DNA from: Trichoplax sp. H2
Taxonomy: Eukaryota
Direction: 5' to 3'
NCBI GenBank assembly: GCA_003344405.1
Contig: NOWV01000018.1
Location: 248,001 to 312,000 of the forward strand
DNA length: 64,000 nucleotides
Numbering within the stretch: the stretch's first letter is position 1; each line of letters starts with the position of its first letter. Shown here piece by piece: positions 25,028 to 40,197 of this stretch. The translations under genes were made by a program, and so were the position numbers. Below the pieces are notes generated by a model. The model worked only from the letters and a program-made list of their open reading frames with translations. It ran no database searches and was not told the origin of the DNA.

Positions 25028-28000
25028 AATTATAATCATGAAAGTAAAAAATTTCAAATTTTACAAGACTACACCTGGATACTAACAATACTTGATCAAT
25101 ATGGAACTGTACTCGAGGTATACGGTTGGCTCTTGCCCACTATACGCTCGTATAGGGCCACCGCATCAATCAAGAGGATAATTAGGTATTCAAACAACCC
25201 TCTTATAGTATTACCGGTATTAATAATTACTGGCGATGACGCCATTATTCCTTATACGTGAATCGTTACGCGGCTTAAAATTAATTCAAGTCAACGGACA
25301 TAAACATCAAAGTAGAATCTGTACCCTACTGGCTACAGTCCCTACTATGCTATACATTATTTCATTCAATACAATCCCAGCCTAGATAAAGCTAGTTCTT
25401 AATAGTATATCCAGTACCGCACGTAGTCTATTTTCTAAACTCTTATCAAAATTATCGTAAATTATGAATGATTTAGAGTAATAATCACACATTGCGAGTA
25501 ATTATTAAAATATTAATAGTCTTAGCTATTCATACGTGATTTCGCTGTCGGCACCTCACAATCGTATCAATCCTGCCTACATTAGCACCTGAATAAACTT
25601 TGCTCACCAAAAATGACGATCAAGATTAACAATATGCAAAGATACGTTGTTGACAGAGTAGTGCAATTAGTTAAGTTCGTAAATCACCACGCAATAATTG
25701 AAATTAATTACTTTATGACTCAGATGCGGTAAAACGTAACTTCGACTAGGCGAATATTTCTAGCAGTAAAAATGATGACTAATAGAGAATGCGTTTTGGC
25801 ACACAAATAGTAAAATTCATCAATACCTTTATGGTATGCAGTAACAAATCTTTATGCATATACGAATATACTCATCTACGCTGACATAGCTAGGATACCT
25901 TTACGACATACGAGTACTGTATGATTTCACAAAGCACCAACGGTATTTTACTACATGATAAGAGCGTAATCTTCCACCATTAGGCTATATACCAGGCGCA
26001 ATATATTGTACATTGATTGTTAATTCTTATTACAATAAGGAGCATTAGGACATACTAAATTGAATTAGTTACAGTGCCTTTTCACAAGCTGGGGGATGAA
26101 ATCATAGAAATATAATAATGATTATAAATATAGTCAAAAGATAAATAAAACGTTTGTTATCTATTAGGAATTAAAATACGCAAGTATCGCATTATCATTA
26201 TCATGCTATGCGTATTTTACAATTGCAAGAAACATGCGATAGCATAACACTATCTATCCAAATTTGCTTTATAATTCCGGTAGAGATGTGTTTACAATTA
26301 ATGTTAAACATTTCCTTAAGTTAGTCGTTGACGAAATGGAATTTTTTAAAGTGATGACATAAGACGATAATTAATGCATTTCTCTACGCCTACCTACTTT
26401 TTACTGTACTAATTAATTTGCCGTTATTACTACGGTTTATTTTGTCATAATATTCACGCACTTTGATGACGATAAGGGAGCTCATTATAATCAATATTAT
26501 GTATTGATAATAACTGTGATTTTCACATACAACTATACTGTAAGGCATATTGGTAATCATTCTTTACGGTAACATTGTTTTATCTTATAAACAAATTTTA
26601 TCTATACACTCAAATATAACAATTACAAAATTCAATTATTAGATACGTAATCAAGCAATCGCATGATTCCTTTAGTATTATAATACTCAAGAAGTAATCA
26701 TAACAATTATTTTCTTTATTTTCGCCTTTCAATTAGGCAAGTTTTCCTGCCATTTATTAGTCATCTTATCGGTGATGATTTATTAAAGGCTATACCACAT
26801 TTTTTATTGCACTTTACTTCGTCAATACATCATCAATTTCTGAATAAAGCTCCAATAATACATACATATATGTAATAAGATGATACGGAATGATTCATAT
26901 GGTACTCAATTGAATGGAATACCCGGTAAAATTATAACTCATTTCGAAATTTATGTGCATACATTCTACCATCTTAACGACGCCTTAAAAGGAATTCTAT
27001 TTTAGGGTAAATATCCGCTTGGTACGCATTAATGTTAGGAAGAATTATTGTTTAATGACAATGAGCCTTTGTTTAGTTGTGATTAATCCACGCGGATAAA
27101 ATATAAGAGAAAGATATAAAAATTGTAATAACATAGAAGTTATGCGGCTCATAATAATGATATAATGATATTATTAGCATTTAGGAAGTAACGCAATTTT
27201 CAATCGGAAAGAAATTAAAGAATATTAATATTGTTATTGTCACCTCCGTGCAATATACAGTATCTTTATTTCTTTCATATGATAAAAATAGTTACGTAAA
27301 CGAAAAAGAAGGTTGAATATTGCTATCTATTATGGAATTTACCGGAGGAAATGAGATTTTCTCAATAATAGGGAATAAATAGCTTCCTCGATCATGCAAT
27401 ACTAATCAATTTTGCATGTCATCAAAAAGTTGTGATTTAATCCTTTGATAGCGAGTGTGTTAACTGTAATTAAAGACTTTGATTTCTACAAATCACTGCA
27501 GCAACTATGCAATGTAAGATTCCTCAATTTACTCTCAGGAATATCAAATATAACCGTCTATCGTGTTACACAAGCTACCTTCCACTTTTTATTAACTAAA
27601 GACAATATGTATGAAATGTTATTATCGCAGTAAATAGATATTCCCCAAGTACTATACAGGGTTAAGAATTGTAAGCCGGCACTTTATTCTTTTGATTTTA
27701 TTTTCAAATTAGTTGAAGAAATTTTGAATATGTTGCTATGTATTACAACATTATTATACCTCTTTTGATATATAATAGTTATGCTGTCGGAATTATAATT
27801 GTAATAAGACTATACAGTATTGCCTAAATGGATGAATTGAAATGCCTTTAGACGATAAATTGTCTAAGATATACATTACGCTAGCTTTTATTGACTCAAA
27901 AATGAAAGGATATACGATTTACTTCTGGGATGGTAAAAATTGCTTGAGGCAATCCTTTCATAATCGTTTATCGTTTATTTTTAAAAATTCAACAACAGAT

Positions 28001-29045
28001 TAGAACTGGCATCATGCTATGATTTACAATATAGAGTTCTGGCTAGCTATTATTAGTTTGACCTCCTGATGTCAATGTTATTTTTGTAGCTTTCAGAACA
28101 GCATATCATAACAATAAAATCCTGTAAATTTTCCACCAGAAAAAAATTTCAGTAGATAAACACTACATTACATTACCAAGTCATCTAAACTAGTAAAACA
28201 TAGTTGTATTAATGTGAAGAATCATGCAGCCACCAAGCAGTGATTTTAAGGGCACTCAAAGGGATAAGCGGCATTTATTATGATGATGTCTATTCGTATT
28301 GTTATTTTAGCGGCGACAATAAGCTTAATGGTATTGTTTTATTGCTACAGGTGATCAAATCAGTTTTGATAGTAAGAAGATAATTTTGAAAGAGGTTAAA
28401 AAAGATGATTAAACCTAGAGAGGATATTTACTTAATCAAAGATGTTGGCCATATATTTAGATATAAGCGGATATATAATACAAAGCGAAATCAGTTGATT
28501 AATTCCTATTGTTGATTTTCTGCCTCCTATGATTGTAGTATAGTGGATATAATTAGTCAACTCGAGTTAATAACGTAAAATGGACAAAACTAAGATGAAA
28601 ACTTTCCAACTGTGATCAAGAAAGTACCACGGCGATACACTGCTGCCGTGCTATTGATGAACATCAATCTATTAACGTTAAAACAAGCTACGAATTTATG
28701 ACGTAACGGCATCATTTGGTTACTTATAATAACAATTTGTCATATGATCGTTAGCAATTTTCCCCGTATATATATTTTTTTAATTATAACCGATCTCTAT
28801 GTATCTGTTGTGACTCATATCAAGATACTGCTAGATTTTTATATACTTTACAGATAAAAAAACGTTATTATTGAAAACACTACCGTACTGTAATTATTAA
28901 ATAATCGCAGGAGATGATGATTATTCCGGTGCGTACTTAAAGCGATGGTCACAAGCCGCTTGGTTATAATAAATTGATCATTATTTATAATTCATTACGG
29001 AAAATCATTTTTATGTATCGAAGTAGAGACTAAGGCAGGTTAAGA

Positions 29046-30194
29046 ATGACATTGAGAAACAGAGAGAGTAAAATGGTTGAACCTTCACCCATTATTACTG
29101 GTGTAAGTACACTTCAGAATAATAAAAGTCAACTATATAATGGTTATGGCCAACACTACCCTAGCAACCGGCATTATAGTGAATACGTCAAGGAAGTCAG
29201 GAAGTGGCAAGAAAGCTTTATCAAGCGTGAAAAGCAACAACTAAAAGAAAGTATAAAAAAAGTGCCATCCTGCTCAAATGATCGAATAGGTCAAGCTGAT
29301 AATATTAATCAGTTTAATCGAACAGCAGCACTGAAGAGCAACTCGTATCCTTCGGTACTTTATAAAGGTAGGCTTCACAGTTTTATGCCTAGAAGCGATA
29401 TTGACCGCTTGGATCCGCTCAGCCCACCTTCAACTTTAACTAATCAGAAAGAATTGCGACGTTCTATCATGGCTATGACGGCACAAGGTAACCCACAATC
29501 TAATAATAACATCTCGGTTAAAAGTAATCATTACGGATCTAAAGCAAATAATTTTATGGTCCCAGTCAACCAGAGAAATGTATCTATACCCACTCTCCAT
29601 TATAATAGAGATAAAAGTAGTAAACGTCGATTATCACCTTTATTGATGATTACAAGAAGGCAGCGTCATCATAAAACTACTACTTCTACTTCGATTAAAG
29701 ATCGTAAAAAAGTCAGTGATATTGAAAGTCACATCGATATGACTGTTAAATCATCTGATAAAAATCTCGATCAAGATAGACAGCAACCGGCCAATCCTTT
29801 AACTAATGGAGAACAGGATTGTGGAACAATCACACACGATGACGAGCTAGAGGTTAATAATGGCAATTCGGATAGAAATGATGGTGACGATTCTGAAAAG
29901 AAACAGTTAGTTCAACCTGAGGAATTATCAATGAAAGAGTTGAATCTTGACGATAATGTTGATTCCGACGTAAAAATCGTTATTGATGAAGTAGAAGATA
30001 ACACACAGAATGAAATTACAGAACAGAATGATGTCAGCAGTAGTGATAATCATTTAAAAATTAATTCTGTTTATCCTAAACTAAGGGCCGTTTTTGCCTT
30101 TACTAAATTTCTTAAATGTCAAGGCCAAATATCAAACCTGGTAAAAGAATTAAAGGATATCGTTCACGCAGTTGAGGAAAATACACAAGAATAA
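29046..30194 (+). CDS. Hypothetical single-exon protein, 382 aa, mostly hydrophilic/disordered
   Basis: This is an 1149-nt ATG-to-TAA ORF in AT-rich DNA where background ORFs are under ~100 codons, and its composition is protein-like. I recognise no domain. Confidence 0.8.
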   Translation: MTLRNRESKMVEPSPIITGVSTLQNNKSQLYNGYGQHYPSNRHYSEYVKEVRKWQESFIKREKQQLKESIKKVPSCSNDRIGQADNINQFNRTAALKSNSYPSVLYKGRLHSFMPRSDIDRLDPLSPPSTLTNQKELRRSIMAMTAQGNPQSNNNISVKSNHYGSKANNFMVPVNQRNVSIPTLHYNRDKSSKRRLSPLLMITRRQRHHKTTTSTSIKDRKKVSDIESHIDMTVKSSDKNLDQDRQQPANPLTNGEQDCGTITHDDELEVNNGNSDRNDGDDSEKKQLVQPEELSMKELNLDDNVDSDVKIVIDEVEDNTQNEITEQNDVSSSDNHLKINSVYPKLRAVFAFTKFLKCQGQISNLVKELKDIVHAVEENTQE

Positions 30195-32689
30195 AGTATT
30201 CGAATATGGATTGAGATTAGTACATTGAGATATCACATTGTTACAGCTCACTTGATAGCATATGCAATATACGAGTACAGCCATTCTCACAATTTTAATT
30301 ATTCGGCGGTGTTGGAGCTGTTGTACATCGTACTATTACAGTAGTGTTATTGCCTTGATGCTTCTAAAAACGACTTATGCAGCTTTATTTTTTACTACTT
30401 AAACATATATAAGATTGTTCGTTACTAATATATTACGAATTTTGTGACATTAACTGATCAAGTATAAACAGTAAATAGCTTTTGAGCCCTGTAAGAGTGA
30501 GGAAAGGATTATTTGCCCTTGCCTTTGACTTACTAATAAATGTATCGTAAATTCTATACAATTTTGTATGAATGTCGTTAATTAATTAATTTAGTTAACT
30601 ACGGTATAGTTCGTCGTCCAAAAAGTCAGCAATACGATCGAGAAGGTAAATTGTGATCAAATTATCAGCATTATATCGTGTATATGAAGATTTTGTTTGA
30701 GATTACGCATAATCCCATTTTCCATCAGTTTAATAATGAAATTTATTCCTTGCCATATTAAAATAGCCATGCTCATCTTATCTCGGTTATTCAAGAAGAT
30801 TTTGGTGGTAATTTTATCATCAAATTATAACTTTGTCAAGTTTTAGCAATAGTCTATTAATGGATGTTGCTGCTCTTTGTATACTTGTACAATACAAATA
30901 AATAAATATGCATTTATTACTTCAAAGTTCTAATCTTAATACTGGGTAGACGTATGATATTAAAAATATCATACGGTACACACGATTTCATTTTCTACCA
31001 TGGTCTTCAATGTTTACGCACATATTACTTTCAATAGGAACCGCTAAAATGAAAACGTTTTCTCAATGGTCTCTCACCATCTCTGATTGTACTATAGTAG
31101 TTCCTGCTATACGTTCGCGCAATATGTATTATCGATAATTATCGATAAGCGCTATTGAAGCAATAGTAGCTTGATATACTATACGAAATTGAGCATAGAT
31201 AATCTTTTCTCGATCAAGTAGCTCTATCATGCCACTTTTACCATAGACATGTTCTACTTGTTGAAAGTATGAAAGGAATGAAAAGATTGCTGAACTGCAT
31301 AAGAATGATAGACACATATGCTGTTCATTCACGTTTAAGAGGGAGTAAAGTAAGATATTATTTTACTTGTCCAGTAGATGATTAGTTATACTTTATAGTG
31401 AATGAAACGATTCTTCTAGTCCAGTTTATGCGTATACTGTATTATAATTAACTCCTTGACATAATTTGATTAATTTTAAGAGTAATGTGAGACGCTACTC
31501 TAGAGTAATATTGCCATAATTGTTTTTTTAAAGTGCCAGACCACATTATCTTTTGTGCATGCCATCATCAACTTTTTTAGTATGCACTTGAGGACTAATG
31601 GCTATGACGGTGTAACTGAATTAAATATTGAATGATGGGGGGTATTGTCATTTAATTCGTCGACATTGTATGTTATTTTTTTTTATTCCATACGAATATC
31701 TTGACAACCAATACTTTGCTATTACCGTCTACATATGTATCAGCCTTCCCTCACGTTGGTAAAAATGGTAAATTATACAGTATATTATGTTATGTGAAGT
31801 TTACAGTATGTATATATACAGTAGTAGTATTCGCAAAGAGAGAGTCAAGACATTTTGACAGGTAGGCGTACCATGCAACTTCGTACTACGTATAGTTGCA
31901 CGTTCACAGTGATTTGTAGATCTCTGATTGCAAGTAAGGAAGTCTGTATTCCGAATAGCCATTTAAAATCAGTACATACGTATACTTACTAGACAGTAAT
32001 ATTACTACTTGTCTTTACCATAGAATCCCACCAACTGTCAAGATATCCAAAATAGTCGTCTGTTTTGTATTCTTTTTCATAGGAATAATGCACCATGGCA
32101 GATTTATTCTATAGCCATGACGATAAAGCTGGAATCATGAAGTCTTAGTGTTACACAGTAGTGGATAGTCCATGATGACTATTACACCATGTATAATGTA
32201 TTGCATACTAATTCGCTATTCAGTATGAAGTCTGCTGGTGAAACCTCTTCAAAGAGGGAAATATCGACGAGCGAAACATAATTTTTTTTATGATGATGCT
32301 GATTATCTTTCATACGAGTTTCAAGTGTTTTAATTTTTTAAACTATTTAAGCTGAATCCTTTTTACATATTTATCGTACTCTACGATACAATACAGCCGA
32401 ACATTTAATAGCGATGCAGCGTCCAACGCTAAAAATAGAACTACAACACAGTAAAGTGCGCAGTAGTTCTCGCGAAACTCTGTGACCCGTATATCAATGT
32501 GAAAGGAGACCATTCTGTATACTTTACACTAGTGTACGCTATACAGTACGTTTGTATTTGAAACATTTTCCTAATCGAATTTCCGAGCAAGAAATCGGCA
32601 TTTTACGGAACACTCGCATAATCATGGTTTGCTGATGCTTTTTAATTAATATCACTTGCAAATCACGAACATCAAGTTCAAGCCATGAG

Positions 32690-33665
32690 AGTACTGTACA
32701 CTGTGTACAGTACAGTAACTGCATAAGCATGATGATACACTGTACAATGTACTGTAGTGTACTGTACAATGTACTGTACTGTATAAAAGAACAGTACAGT
32801 ATGTACTGTATGAAAAGGATGACAGTCTTGATAGTGTACGAACAGTACTGTAAAGTTAATATGAATGAAATACTCTATGTTTGCAAGTGAATTTTATCAC
32901 TATTTTTATTTCTATTCGTCCTAGAACGCTTTTTATAATTCAATACTAAGTGCGGGCATTCATTTCTACGAAAGCGAGTGAGTTTACTTGAAATTTCCAA
33001 TCCTTAACGTCAAATTATAACTGAAGGATAGCACTACAGTTCATAAATGCTTCGCCGTTTCTTCATTAATTTGTGTACAGTACAGTACATTACTTTGAAG
33101 TGCTACTGCTACGTGTACTGTACTGTACAGTACAGTGTACAGTGCAGTCTGGCATAATCTACAGTACTGTACTGTACTGTACTGTACTGTACGACGTGTT
33201 GGCCAACTGCGGTACTTTGTAATGCTGTACAGTGTACTGTACAGTAGTGTAGAGTAGAATACAGAAGTCCTTCTGTAAGGTGGCAGAGATACTCGGCTAC
33301 GCGTCAAAGACTTTCTGGTACACAACCATGATTTGTAGTACGCACTACGCAGACGCAATACTGTACAACTGGTGCACTGCTAGACACTGTATTGTGTACT
33401 GTCTAGTACAGTACATTGTACTGTATCAAGGGCATCTTAGGCAAATAGCAAATCCTGTACTGTACAGTATGTACAGTACAGTACTGTAGGCATGGATTTA
33501 CTGTACATTGTACTGTGGGCATGGATTTACTGTACATTGTACTGTAGTCGACTGTATGGTCCGCGCTGGTACAGACCAGACCGCTTGCGTCATACAGTAC
33601 CATTCTCTCTCTGCAGTACAATACACAATCAAGGCAAATTGGTGCGTCTATCTAGTACTGTATGA
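32690..33665. repeat. TACAG/CTGTA pentamer-rich island with head-to-head inverted runs
   Basis: It contains a (TACTG)5 run at ~33165-33191, inverted runs such as gtactgtactgtacagtacagt (~33115-33136), and a 28-nt direct repeat ggcatggatttactgtacattgtactgt at 33489 and 33518. Confidence 0.8.
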
Positions 33666-36600
33666 CTGTCGTTTGACTGCATTCAGCGCGCGTAGGTGCA
33701 CATGAGCCGACCCAAAACGATATCATATGTTGCCTGACGTATTACTCATCACACTCCAGTGGGACAATAGCCGGGAGTCTGCGACGTCAACTAGGAAAGG
33801 TGGCGTCGTTGGTTAGTTTCATTGGGAAAGTTTGGTGGTAAGTTAAAATTGATCTTGTAAACTTATTCCATTGGTTTTTAAACTATCTTACCTAGGTACT
33901 CTATACATCGTATAAATTCAATCGGATGAGTAATGAATGATCAATAGACTGTAGTTTGATCTATTTCAACTGGTAAAATGGGCCAATTTCTCCACTCACT
34001 CTTGGTACCATCTTTACTTGGTTGCATTGTTTGATTGTAGTTTCAATGGTACTGTTCAATTCACTGTCAAGTCTTTTTCAAAGAAATACGCCAATTTCTT
34101 TCTTTTGCATGTAGATATAGTCTTCTTGCCATCATTTCCTTCTAGCAAGGCAATGAGTCGGTATTAGCTCTTCAAAGGTATGACTCTTTCGATATGGACT
34201 GAGAAAGAGGCTAAATTGATCCATTTCAGCCGTTAAAAACAAACAGTTAGAGACGAGTAGTTTGCCTACTCTTGCTAATGGTGTAATCGGTCACTTTCTT
34301 TCGACATACTTGATTCGTCAGATAGATCGATGGAGCCTATCCAACCTCTACTTTAACACTCTTAAAGAAGAATTACCTATCGATCTAAACCATTTCCCGT
34401 GTTCAATTCTACTCATACAATCTATGTTAACATGAAATGGGAATAACCAATATTCTCTTCATTGGACAAAATTCTACTCGTACAAAAGATAAATCGACAG
34501 CATGATTTAAACCTTAATAGTACTGGAAAGGATAGCTTTAAAAACTGAATGATGTAGCCTGTACAGTAGTTTGTTGAGGTTATTGGATATTTTTTTTTTT
34601 TTTGGACATGAGACTACTGTACATTATAGTATTCTTCTTTTAAAATGTCATAATATTGCTATTTTCCCTGCAAAGGCTACCATGTTCGATCGTAACTGCC
34701 ACATCTAGAATTGTGGCTACTCACTGCATACATTGTATACTTTCTGAAAGTCGTTTTCCACCATCGTAGGATTGGATATCAATTTCCATATGATATTCAA
34801 TGTTACAACTAGCCTCTGCAAGTTACCCTCCTCAATGCTCTTTTCTGTACTAGATTTGGTGAAACGGTCAGTCTCACAAGTTTCAAATATCCAGATAACG
34901 CCATACTTTCGTCTTCCTGAATTGCTAAAAATAGCTATTATTCTGTTGTATCAATCGCATCGAACCAGTTAGTATCAAGACAGTACTAAGTGATTATTCT
35001 GCGCATTTTACCCCTTTATTCATCGTCATTCCACCATATGGCTAGCACAATTCCTTTTTTTCATACCTTCTAAGCACGTCTATTCTAATATCATGACTTT
35101 AGTAATTGTAAAGCAACGTGATAATTGTAAAATGGATCAAGCGTATGCATTTAACCGATAGGTGCCATAGTAGGATCGGATTAGTTTTTGATATCCCGGT
35201 TCTTCTAGGCCGCCTTTATTGTTGAGTAGTTGATGCTTAGTAAAACTTGATGAAAGGTGGACTCGTCTGTTGTTTAAAATCTTAGCGTTAATGATTTAAA
35301 ATAGTTCCGGCATTTATCTTCTCCCTAAATTTATTGAAACTCTAACCAAAATGTTTGGACATCGCTTATTTTAAAGTTTTAAAATATCGCTGTACTTTAT
35401 GAATAGTTAATAGCGTTGGAATACGTCTATCTAATTACTACATTGCAAGAGATTGCCTATCTATTGATATACCTTCATTTATGACACTCTGCAAGTTGTA
35501 GTCTAGCTAGCTTTTCTAATCGACTACTGTGTAAAACTAGTAAACCACCATTTGTTCCAATTAAATTTTATCTTGAATTTTTTTCCTACAATAGCTGAGC
35601 ATACTGGTAGTCACCATAGAAGTTATTGACTCATGTCGTATCACTGTACTTACTCTCAATATATCATGTAGTATAATCATTACTGTATTACTTGCAACAT
35701 CCACTATAAATAACCTCCAGTGAACTGGATGGAATAAGGAGCCAGGGAATATAGATACTACGAATACATCAATTATTAATTTTATAGGTGTAAATTTAAA
35801 GATTTTTAGAGTTTTAGTCGCTGGAGATTCTTATTATCATACATGAATGTATGAAGGAAATGCTTGTAGACTGCTCTACTGTAATGTAGATTAGCTTATC
35901 ATAATTGATTATTCTAGTGTTGGATGAGATTAATCGCAGAATCATTGTCCTTAATAGAAATCTAACTTTATTCCGCTATTGCCAATATCAGAATATTTCA
36001 TCCAAATTTTAAATATTATTCCCTGAAAGAATCCGCTTTTCTATTAATGCAAAGTAATTATCATTAATGATATCAGTAGTAATACTTGTTAACTGTAGTA
36101 TAATGAATTGATATCATTTTTATCCAATTTCTATCTCGATATGCTCTTATTCAGAATAATGTAGTTCTAGTAGCTAATCTTGCAATATCTACAATTTCAC
36201 ATGATCTCTACGTGTACGTTAATCCCGGGAATAACCGATGTATTTATATTTATTTCTTTATTCATTCAGCTCATACGAGTATTTTCCGTCCTTAAAGTTA
36301 AATCAATAAATTTTAGAATGTAACTTGATCCCAGAGTTGACCCGTCGCCACTTTCTGGGAATGACAGATTCTCGGGAATTGCCGAAATTGACTGTTCTTT
36401 CTCAGGATCGATCTTAACAAGTTAAATCGAGATAAGGAGCCTTAAAAGTAATATCATCATCCTATATAGTTCAATTCTTAATCGCTTATAAAGATCGTTA
36501 AAACATATGTTGCAAGTATGGTATTATCTTGATTATTATAAATTTATGCTATAGTTACTATAGAGATTAGCGTACATGTAAGGTTTTAACCACGACATTA

Positions 36601-37789
36601 TCGGGTTATTTTTTATTCGTATGGGCTATTTCAAATTCTTTGTGCTTTAATCACCACTTTTGCCGATGAATAATGTTACATCGAGTCATTTTTTAGAGTA
36701 AACCATGGACTACTATTTTTTTTTTTAGAAGTCTATAAATAAACCTAGGCTATAAATACGGCAATAGCCCAACATTAATTCATTCATTAAAGGAGTATAA
36801 GCTGTTAAATGATTTCATATTCCTTTAACCAAACCATTGTTATAACTGACTGCGGTATGTGCTTATTGCTACAGAGTCTATTCAATTTTGAAAGTAATAT
36901 ATATTTGTCTTAACTAGTACAGTTATATCATATTAGCAATTATCACTACAAACAAGTAGCAACAGCCATAGCAAATTAATTAAGGGAAATTATGATTTAT
37001 TTTAAATTGATATTGATGCGTTCGGTCTTCCTATTCCTACCATGATAATATATGGCATTTTAGACTTAATAATCATGTAAACCCTGAGCTGTAAACTGTA
37101 TTATTTAAAACGATTACAAAAATAGATTTGAGATTTGATAAGTTTTTAATGCTATAGCAATTTAAAACTTAGCATATTTATTAGAGACAAATTCGAAGAT
37201 ACTATATGTATTGTATATAGTATTATATATAGCGGTTTTAAATTAATCCCTGGAATAATATACGTTATTATAGCATCACCTCATTTTATCAATTATAAAT
37301 AGCTAGTTACGGCATTTCTTATTATTAGACGATCGTTCAGGATGCACGTTGTAATTTTTTACTCTGTTATAAGTGCTTTTGTAATACTATTATCAATAGA
37401 ATAGCTTATGGCATGTAGTAATGTGATTGTTTTACAATTTTGACTTCTGGACGTAGTTAGGCTAGTTCATTGAGATATTATAACAAGAAAAGTAGTATTT
37501 AATATCAAATTTGCTAATCACCTCAATTGTATAAGCAATAACTTATTAAAAGTGGGTAAGATAGGTATAAAATATATAATTGACTGATTTAAACCGTTAG
37601 TTATAAATGCGTCCTAGTAAATGGGTTGGATCTGTTATCTTACCGAAGCTGAATTTCTCTTGTTGTAGGTTATCAGAATTATTGAGTTATCATTCCATTA
37701 CTACCGGAGCTGAGATTGTTAAGCTGAACCCTTCATCATAGATTATTTTCTTTGTTATATACCAATATTTGGAAAGTAAAGCTACAAAG

Positions 37790-40197
<2,408 letters not shown>

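Noticed and set aside
32539-33705. Five overlapping ORFs rich in Y/S/T/V/Q/C
   Set aside because: They are translations of TACAG/CTGTA pentamer runs (YSTVQ/VLYCT patterns), which lack stop codons.
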